From: an uncultured virus (IMG/VR IMGVR_UViG_3300017963_000250)
Lineage: Duplodnaviria; Heunggongvirae; Uroviricota; Caudoviricetes
Virus record (IMG/VR): IMGVR_UViG_3300017963_000250
Reading direction: 5' to 3' (one strand)
DNA length: 64,000 bases
This document shows, in pieces, positions 57,676-64,000 of this stretch. Each line of letters begins with the position of its first letter. Position 1 is the first letter of the stretch. A program made the position numbers and the translations under genes. The notes beneath the pieces are model-generated. The model did not search any database, was not told the DNA's origin, and worked only from the letters and a program-made list of their open reading frames with translations.

Positions 57676-57921
57676 TTATTGTGGTATCGCCCCGCCATAA
57701 AGGGTCGAAAGGTTCGCGATCTGCTTGCCGCCGGCACCGGCCTCAGGGGCGACCTCCTCCTGCGGTTCGGTAACAGATGGTGCCGGAACGCCTCCGTTTA
57801 CGACGAGATTGGTGGGGACGCCACCACCGTTAATCGCCGGTGCCGCCGGTCGCTTCTTGTACCAGTTCCAGACAACCACGCCGCCTATGCTAAGTGCTAC
57901 CAGTCCGATAATCTTTTTCAT
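57676..57921 (-). CDS. Small membrane-anchored protein
   Basis: Start refined to MKK; N-terminal TM. Confidence 0.55.
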   Translation of the reverse strand: MKKIIGLVALSIGGVVVWNWYKKRPAAPAINGGGVPTNLVVNGGVPAPSVTEPQEEVAPEAGAGGKQIANLSTLYGGAIPQ

Positions 57922-57932
57922 TTTGTTATACC

Positions 57933-58730
57933 TCATAAAATGGTGGTTACTGGTTCAAAATAACGATTTTCAGGAATGGAAAGAGGTGGCAACTCAAAAA
58001 TCACCCTCTCTTTCCCCTCTGTGGTTATTTCTGTCATCACAAACTCAGGTGGAAGAATATCTCCCTCTGCATTTAACCTCTCAAGCAATATGTCATACAG
58101 CATGTGCAGTATGTTGTCTATGTCGGTACGCGAAACGTGGGAACGGGACCGAAATGCAATTTTTACACGCCCTAATTCAGACTGTAAAGAAAGAATGGTC
58201 CCGACGTACAAGTCGAATTCCAGGTCTAAACCTAAAAAGGTATAACTACCTGTAAAGCTCTCTGAGACTTCGCTTCTGCCAATCGACAATGTTTTCCCGT
58301 TGTGCGTTAAAGTGATGTTGCTACCATCGTAATCAACATACACCGTATATATGGGAAAGGCCCCTGCCGGAGCAACCTCCCTACGCCAGTTGATTTTAAA
58401 GGGGACGGTGGCATCAAAAAGAGACACCATCCCATCGGAGAAAGCGTCCTGCGTACTCATGGGCACGGTTCTCTCAATAAACATATTTACCGAAACCTCG
58501 CCATATCTTTGCCCTTTTTCCAATATCTCCTTTGAGAACGCTTCTATAGGGTGCTTTGCCAGTTGCCCATTTTCCATCCTGTACGTCGCTGCCCCGTTGT
58601 AGTAAATATCAATCGTCTTTTTCCCACGCCACCATTTCCATGCTAAATATCCTGCGGTTCCTGCCGCTCCAGCAGCAAGTATTCCCGTGCCTAATTTCCC
58701 AAACAAGCCCGGATTACATCGTTTTTTCAT
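57933..58730 (-). CDS. Membrane-anchored protein
   Basis: Start refined to MKK; RCNP then TM. Confidence 0.6.
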   Translation of the reverse strand: MKKRCNPGLFGKLGTGILAAGAAGTAGYLAWKWWRGKKTIDIYYNGAATYRMENGQLAKHPIEAFSKEILEKGQRYGEVSVNMFIERTVPMSTQDAFSDGMVSLFDATVPFKINWRREVAPAGAFPIYTVYVDYDGSNITLTHNGKTLSIGRSEVSESFTGSYTFLGLDLEFDLYVGTILSLQSELGRVKIAFRSRSHVSRTDIDNILHMLYDILLERLNAEGDILPPEFVMTEITTEGKERVIFELPPLSIPENRYFEPVTTIL

Positions 58731-58734
58731 TTTG

Positions 58735-59172
58735 TTATACCTCAACTACATGTTTGTAAACCTCTACCTTGAACGGCATCGTCCCCGCCTCGTTCGCTAT
58801 CTCCGAAAACTTCAATGAAGTCGACTCGGACGCGACGCCCGGCACGAAATTGACATGCACTACTATCCTGCTGACCATGTTCGCTAAGTCGAGGAGATCC
58901 ATCCTCATCCGATCGAGCGAATACGGCAGGTAATACGCAACCCCGTTCTCCGACTGCTTCACGCGGAAAAATTCGTCGCCTTTGTGTAAAATATTGATAT
59001 ACCCCGTATCGCGGCGACGAAAATACCTGTTCCACGCCCACGCGGCCACGCCGGCAATGCCGATAATTTTCCAGCTTATCCCGAACGGGTTACCGCGCAA
59101 CCTTCGCATCTTTGGAGGTTTCCCTGTCCTCGGACAAATCATTTGTGCCCCTCCGGTATCTCTGGTTTCCAT
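58735..59172 (-). CDS. Membrane-anchored protein
   Basis: RGNPFGISW then TM. Confidence 0.6.
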   Translation of the reverse strand: METRDTGGAQMICPRTGKPPKMRRLRGNPFGISWKIIGIAGVAAWAWNRYFRRRDTGYINILHKGDEFFRVKQSENGVAYYLPYSLDRMRMDLLDLANMVSRIVVHVNFVPGVASESTSLKFSEIANEAGTMPFKVEVYKHVVEV

Positions 59173-60260
59173 CAGTCGAAGTGTTTCTGTATCTCTATGG
59201 GGTATGGGAAATTCTTTACGAATTCCATAAGCAACCCGAACGTGGTGTCGGCGACAGTGCTCGCGATCTGGCGCGAGAAGAACACCCGCACCACGATCTT
59301 GTCGTACTTCTTGCCGAGAGAGTTCAGGTCGTTCTCGAACTGCTTCATCTCGTAGGCGACCATCTTGTTCTGCGCCTTGTCGAAAATGAAGGCGTTCACC
59401 CCGTCGTGAAACACGGTCATCACGGCGGCGGCGATGCCGGCACCGAAGTGTTTCTGTATCTCTATGGGGTATGGGAAAGTCTTTACGAATTCCATAAGCA
59501 ACCCGAACGTGGTATCAGCGACGGTACTCGCGATCTGGCGCGAGAAAAACACCCGTACCACGATCTTGTCGTACTTCTTGCCGAGGTAGTTCAAGTCGCC
59601 CTCGAATTGTTTCATCTCGTAGACAACCCTCTTATTCTGCGCCTTGTCGAAAATGAAGGCGTTCACCCCGTCGTGAAACACGGTCATCACGTAAAGCGGT
59701 TGTTTGCGCAGAAACCGGTTCCACGCCCACCACCCGACACCGGCAATGCCGGCACCGAGCGCGATCTTGGTCCAGCTAACGCCGAACGGGTTACGGCGGA
59801 TCAACCTGTCCGCCTGCTTTTTGGGGTATCTTCTCCGTATCGCTTTTTTCATGTCATCGTCCATCTTCCAGAACATCTGCCGGCGGTGCGATCTCAGCCA
59901 GGACTTCGCCTTCGACTTCGTCCACCGCTGGTACGGTTTCAACTGTATCGTCCGGCCCTGGTGCGTGATCGACCTACCGGTGGGGAACACCAGGCCCTGC
60001 ACCCTGGTCGCGCGTCCGCCCTCGTACTTTGTCGACGGTTTTGCGCCGTACGGCGACCCGAATCGGAGCAGGATCGGGCCGTGCTCCTTGTGCTTCAACC
60101 CTACATACTTGCTCCGGAACCACCGTTTGCCGGCGCGTTCCTGGAATATTTCCTTGTCCTTCAGTGTATAGTGTACCGAACGCGGCTTCTCGGCCCACCG
60201 GCCCTCATCGGCGAGCATATCCAACATCGCCGCCATACCGATCACCGGTTGCGGAGGCAT
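59172..60260 (-). CDS. Basic N-terminal domain, TM, and tandemly duplicated C-terminal domain
   Basis: RRNPFGVSW then TM; about 89-aa internal duplication. Confidence 0.65.
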   Translation of the reverse strand: MPPQPVIGMAAMLDMLADEGRWAEKPRSVHYTLKDKEIFQERAGKRWFRSKYVGLKHKEHGPILLRFGSPYGAKPSTKYEGGRATRVQGLVFPTGRSITHQGRTIQLKPYQRWTKSKAKSWLRSHRRQMFWKMDDDMKKAIRRRYPKKQADRLIRRNPFGVSWTKIALGAGIAGVGWWAWNRFLRKQPLYVMTVFHDGVNAFIFDKAQNKRVVYEMKQFEGDLNYLGKKYDKIVVRVFFSRQIASTVADTTFGLLMEFVKTFPYPIEIQKHFGAGIAAAVMTVFHDGVNAFIFDKAQNKMVAYEMKQFENDLNSLGKKYDKIVVRVFFSRQIASTVADTTFGLLMEFVKNFPYPIEIQKHFD

Positions 60261-60625
60261 TACGCTATCCCCCTCGCGTCGAAGTTCGCCCTGATAGTCG
60301 CGGTGAAACCGGACGCATTGGTCAAGGTCACCCGCGCGAAATTGCCGTGGACCGGCACTATCCGCGCTTCGGTCGTACCGGCAGCGACGGTCACCGTCGG
60401 GATACTGTGGTCGTACGTCAGCGTACCGCCCCGGTCGTCGACTCCCTGCTCGACATCGAGCGAAATCGTCTGGGACGAATAGACCTGGCCGAATATGACC
60501 GAATACCCCTCGATCGGCGTCTCGAACGAAACGCTGCTGCCGGTCGCGAGCGTACTCACGTAATCGGCGATCGTGATCGGCTCCTGATACCCGATCTGCA
60601 CCTTCCGTACTATCGGTATTGTCAT
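60260..60625 (-). CDS. Small beta-sandwich virion protein
   Basis: Beta-strand pattern, ARV.LTN as in the 57255/55032 genes. Confidence 0.55.
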   Translation of the reverse strand: MTIPIVRKVQIGYQEPITIADYVSTLATGSSVSFETPIEGYSVIFGQVYSSQTISLDVEQGVDDRGGTLTYDHSIPTVTVAAGTTEARIVPVHGNFARVTLTNASGFTATIRANFDARGIA

Positions 60626-60626
60626 C

Positions 60627-61325
60627 TTACTGCTCCTGTGTTGGGACCGGGTACGCTATGCCGCGGATATAGATCCTGAGTCCATGGTTGTACACCGAAC
60701 TCTGGTTCGAGACCAGGAAGTACACCGTCTCCTGCTCCCTCGCCATGCCGGCGTTACCGGACTCGTATACCCAATAGTTGTCGGGGAAACCTATGCCGCT
60801 GGTGCTACTGATGGTCGATGGCGGTACCCCGACGATCCCGGTCGTCCGCGTCTCGGTAACCAGCACCGGATCGTCGAACGGCGGCACCGTCGCGACCGAG
60901 TCCACCTTCCCGCTCTGGAACACCGAGTCGTCGCCGAGGAACAGCCTGACAATGATATCCTGCGCGCCCTGGCAGGTAAAGTATTCCCACGAATAATCGG
61001 TAAGCTCGAAAATCGTGTTCCTGGGGACGACGACTATCGGGATGTACAGGTTGGAACTCGGCGGGATCTTTCGTACCTGCGGCGACAGGTTCACTTCGCG
61101 CACCTGCTTGTCGCCTCTGCCGTATGGGATCTCTATGTTCTGGATATAGTTCGGAAGAAGCGCATACGGGTTGTCAGGCCGGAGCGTCGACAAATCCTCG
61201 AACGTCGACGCCAACCGCGCACCGACCCCTCGTGGTTCGGTATAGTACGGGACCCGCGACCGATCGGGCACCTTCCGGCAACGAAACAAACTCTCAATGC
61301 TAAATTCGTCCAGGAAACCACCCAT
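60627..61325 (-). CDS. Putative capsid-associated beta-rich protein
   Basis: Adjacent to the capsid candidates. Confidence 0.5.
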   Translation of the reverse strand: MGGFLDEFSIESLFRCRKVPDRSRVPYYTEPRGVGARLASTFEDLSTLRPDNPYALLPNYIQNIEIPYGRGDKQVREVNLSPQVRKIPPSSNLYIPIVVVPRNTIFELTDYSWEYFTCQGAQDIIVRLFLGDDSVFQSGKVDSVATVPPFDDPVLVTETRTTGIVGVPPSTISSTSGIGFPDNYWVYESGNAGMAREQETVYFLVSNQSSVYNHGLRIYIRGIAYPVPTQEQ

Positions 61326-61326
61326 C

Positions 61327-62205
61327 TCAAGTTCTCCGGTAATATATATTGAACCCGGCCAAAGCGAAATACACGGTGTTGGACGACCCGGTGAGGTTTT
61401 GAAAACGTAGCTTGAATTGCGTCTTGCGTTGAAATATCTGCGGTTCGAAGTCGCGATAGTATTCCGCGTTGCCGCCGATCATGCCGCTGTGTATCCACCC
61501 ATTCATGAGTTCAAAACCGGTACCGACATTCGACACCCTGACCTTGTACGCGCCGGTACTGTACGTGAGCATCCGACGCAGGTAAAAATCGGCGTCACTT
61601 ATGAAGGTGATATATGCCACGACCTCGGTCCCGACACCGGCACCGATCGTTATCCCGGAATCGGTCGTGTAGAAAAACGGACGTGCCATCCGGCTCGCCG
61701 GCGACAGTTCGTCAATGAGACTCCTGGCGTCGAAATAGTATCGCTGGCCTTCGAACGCGAGCCTGACGTCATTCGGCGCGCCGGACAGATCCGCCAGGTC
61801 GACGACAAGTGACTGGGTCTCGTGTAAAAGCATCGGGATCGGAAGCTCGAACGGCCGTTGCCCGTTCCCGACAATGAGGCGGCTGTGGATCGGCCTGTTC
61901 GACATGTAGCGTTGATACTCGTTGTCGAAAATGAACAGGGTATAATCCTGCGAGGTCGCGATCCCCTTCAGGCGTCTCAGGTCTATCGCGCCGGCCTTGT
62001 CGTTACTCATGTTCCTCCTGGCGGTCCCGGCGGCAGGCACGGACACGACACTGTCGCCGGCCTGCTCGTCCCAGGTCAAGTCGTACGGGGTCGACGCGAT
62101 CAAGACACTGTTCGGCTGTAGGCCACGAGTCTCGCTCTCTATGAGGGGCGCGAAATTTGACAGTGACTCAAGATATATCGGCGTTATTTTGTTCTCTACC
62201 ACCAT
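61327..62205 (-). CDS. Putative capsid protein with two tandem jelly-roll-like halves
   Basis: Internal repeat: MSNRPIHS.L..GNG...DLSG..N.V.LAFEG versus LMNGWIHSG..GGN...NLTG..N.V.FALAG; DADF motif. Confidence 0.55.
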   Translation of the reverse strand: MVVENKITPIYLESLSNFAPLIESETRGLQPNSVLIASTPYDLTWDEQAGDSVVSVPAAGTARRNMSNDKAGAIDLRRLKGIATSQDYTLFIFDNEYQRYMSNRPIHSRLIVGNGQRPFELPIPMLLHETQSLVVDLADLSGAPNDVRLAFEGQRYYFDARSLIDELSPASRMARPFFYTTDSGITIGAGVGTEVVAYITFISDADFYLRRMLTYSTGAYKVRVSNVGTGFELMNGWIHSGMIGGNAEYYRDFEPQIFQRKTQFKLRFQNLTGSSNTVYFALAGFNIYYRRT

Positions 62206-62265
62206 TAGATGTTTACCTCAAATCTGATTTTGTTGAATCCCACCCACCACCCGAGATTTTTTTCT

Positions 62266-62595
62266 CTATTTTACGATGCTGTGAGGCTCGATGATGAACA
62301 CTTCCAGGTTACCGGTCGCGTTGACACCGTCCTCGTTCGTGAGCGTGATCGTGTCGGTCGGTGCCCCGCTCTTGGCAACGCTTACGAGCGGGGTGCCCGC
62401 TGCCGGCGAGGCCGCATGGTTCACGACCGGCCAGGTGTTGTCGCTGATGCCGGGATGGGTCGAGGGCAAAGTCACGTCGCCACCGCCACCCGCAGCCGTG
62501 ATGGTGCCGTTTGCACCGGCGGCAAGCGAGATCCCGGTGATGCGGGCCGCGTACTTACCCTGAGAAACTACTACTGCTGTTCCCGTGAAAGCCAT
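62266..62595 (-). CDS. Small Gly/Ala/Thr-rich virion protein
   Basis: Directly downstream of the MCP candidate. Confidence 0.55.
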   Translation of the reverse strand: MAFTGTAVVVSQGKYAARITGISLAAGANGTITAAGGGGDVTLPSTHPGISDNTWPVVNHAASPAAGTPLVSVAKSGAPTDTITLTNEDGVNATGNLEVFIIEPHSIVK

Positions 62596-62644
62596 TTTTG
62601 TTACCTTTCAAAAATTTTGTCTCCGTGTACAAAAGGCGAAAATA

Positions 62645-62677
62645 ACCGTGACGTCGGCTAAAAACCAACGCCACGGT
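62645..62677 (-). terminator. Hairpin downstream of the MCP candidate
   Basis: ACCGTGACGTCGG...CCAACGCCACGGT, with T-rich tail on the minus strand. Confidence 0.5.
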
Positions 62678-62699
62678 CAGAAAGAAGCCAGTGTGCCTG

Positions 62700-63278
62700 T
62701 TAGGCGGGACGTCCCAGAATTCCGTGCAGGTAGCACCACAGGTCGATCGTCGCGGTGAAGGCGACGGTGTTTACCGTGGTCAGCGTGGCCTGGAAGTCTT
62801 GCTGGCTGGGGATATGGAGAGGCTCGCCTTCCAGATCCAGCGGCAGATACACCAGGGGGGACCCGATCCCGTTCTGGAGTTCCAGGATGGTGGTCGCGGT
62901 GACGGTGGTCGCGGCGACTCCAGTCAATCCGGCAGCGGCGGGGATCATGTGGTACATGGTCCTGAGGTACGGTTTCGAGGAAAGCTTGAACTCGAAATAC
63001 GCTTCGTTCATCAAGCGTTCCAGGTCCGCGACCGCGGTGCCCTGCTGCACGAAGATACTCACTCCGAACGCATCGAAAGTGTGCGGCGCGGCGAGCGATC
63101 CATCCGAGGTCATGTTCGTGTCGCGGAGGGTTCCGCCGAGAAAGGTCTTGAAGAACGTCACCGACTGGGCCGTGCCGGCGGCGAGTTGTTTGCGATCGTA
63201 GATGGGCTCGCGGAGATATTCGAGTACCGCTCTTCCGGTATCGTACTTGGCTGCACGTCTGTTTCCTGGCATTGCCAT
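62700..63278 (-). CDS. Putative single jelly-roll major capsid protein
   Basis: 192 aa; PIYD...TFF...DTNM..DGSL..P..F...GVSI and C-terminal YLHG pattern recalled from small MCPs of tailless P23-77-like viruses; strong SD AAGGAG; flanked by hairpins. Confidence 0.55.
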   Translation of the reverse strand: MAMPGNRRAAKYDTGRAVLEYLREPIYDRKQLAAGTAQSVTFFKTFLGGTLRDTNMTSDGSLAAPHTFDAFGVSIFVQQGTAVADLERLMNEAYFEFKLSSKPYLRTMYHMIPAAAGLTGVAATTVTATTILELQNGIGSPLVYLPLDLEGEPLHIPSQQDFQATLTTVNTVAFTATIDLWCYLHGILGRPA

Positions 63279-63343
63279 AATCTATACTCCTTTGCTTTAC
63301 TGTTTTCCTTGCATGAAAAAAACGGTTCTTTCTTTGATAAACT

Positions 63344-63382
63344 GTGGGTGCGTGAATAACTGGTCAGTTTTCACGCACCCAC
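63344..63382. terminator. Stem-loop upstream of the MCP candidate
   Basis: GTGGGTGCGTGAA...TTCACGCACCCAC. Confidence 0.6.
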
Positions 63383-63395
63383 GACGAAACTCTAT

Positions 63396-63998
63396 CTATC
63401 TACGTCCGTAATACCCGCGCGGCATCCACGGCGCGTATTTGTACCTTCTGGCGTTACGGAGAAGTTCCTCGTCGAACTGCTGCATGTACCCGCCGTAGTA
63501 GGAACCGAGCGATGCGCCCCGACGCGGCAGCGTCAGGTAATCGCCCATACCCTGGTTTTTCTTGTCCGGGAGGGTGAGGTAGTCGCCCATGCTGTTCTTG
63601 TCCGGCAGGGTGAGGTAGTCGCCCATGCTGTTCCGACGCGGCAGGGTCAGGTAGTCGCCCATGTTGTTGTTCTGGCGCGGCAGGGTCAGGTAGTCGCCCA
63701 TGTTGTTCCGGCGCGGCAGGGTCAGGTAATCGTCCATCCCGACCGGAGCGACGTAGGGGGTGCCCCACTTCTTGCGGATGCACCCGATCGCCTGTACCGT
63801 CTTCAGGACGCCGACGATCCCGGCACCGACCTGGAGCGCGAAGGTGTGCCTCGGAGCCAGCCCCGGCGAGAAGTAGTCGAGGGCCTTCCCGACACCATAG
63901 GAAAGGGCGGCGACGCTGCCCCAGGTGGTGGCGACCGGCACCATCTCGTCTACGACATGGAGCACGTTCGCTCTCTGGGTCACGTTCTTGCGGAGCAT
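63396..63998 (-). CDS. Membrane protein with six M(G/D)DYLTLP repeats (5' end may lie outside the window)
   Basis: Two hydrophobic helices then tandem repeats. Confidence 0.65.
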   Translation of the reverse strand: MLRKNVTQRANVLHVVDEMVPVATTWGSVAALSYGVGKALDYFSPGLAPRHTFALQVGAGIVGVLKTVQAIGCIRKKWGTPYVAPVGMDDYLTLPRRNNMGDYLTLPRQNNNMGDYLTLPRRNSMGDYLTLPDKNSMGDYLTLPDKKNQGMGDYLTLPRRGASLGSYYGGYMQQFDEELLRNARRYKYAPWMPRGYYGRR

Positions 63999-64000
63999 GT

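Noticed and set aside
57921..58745. Shared MRYNKMKK N-termini of two genes
   Set aside because: More simply a duplicated RBS (GAGGTATAACAAA-ATG) with true starts at MKK
63520..63740. Second CRISPR array
   Set aside because: Repeats are in frame with synonymous variation, so this is a protein repeat
1..64000. tRNA/rRNA genes, integrase, DNA polymerase, reverse transcriptase
   Set aside because: None recognised in this window

Overview
This window looks like part of a large (>64 kb) bacterial dsDNA virus or virus-like element: dense small ORFs, sigma70-type promoters and SD sites, and no cellular housekeeping genes. The left arm carries replication genes: a DnaA-box cluster, an iteron/AT-rich origin-like region, a 943-aa primase-helicase, SSB and RuvC. 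A + strand block of fibre/spike-like genes lies at 16-21 kb, and accessory genes (DNA modification, kinases, Kelch lipoprotein) at 21-43 kb. A long - strand morphogenesis operon (43.4-64 kb) has many membrane-anchored proteins and jelly-roll-like capsid candidates, with no recognisable terminase, portal or tail genes, which suggests a tailless, probably membrane-containing virus. The standout locus is 27.55-30.5 kb. A promoter drives an omegaRNA whose 5' end is an anti-repeat rather than a guide. It is followed by a degenerate CRISPR-like array of about 26 units whose repeat variation preserves pairing to that anti-repeat, then an IscB with substituted RuvC catalytic residues but an intact HNH. 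This reads as a virus-encoded, split crRNA + omega-tracrRNA, multi-guide IscB nickase. All protein calls come from motif recognition by eye; no database searches were run.
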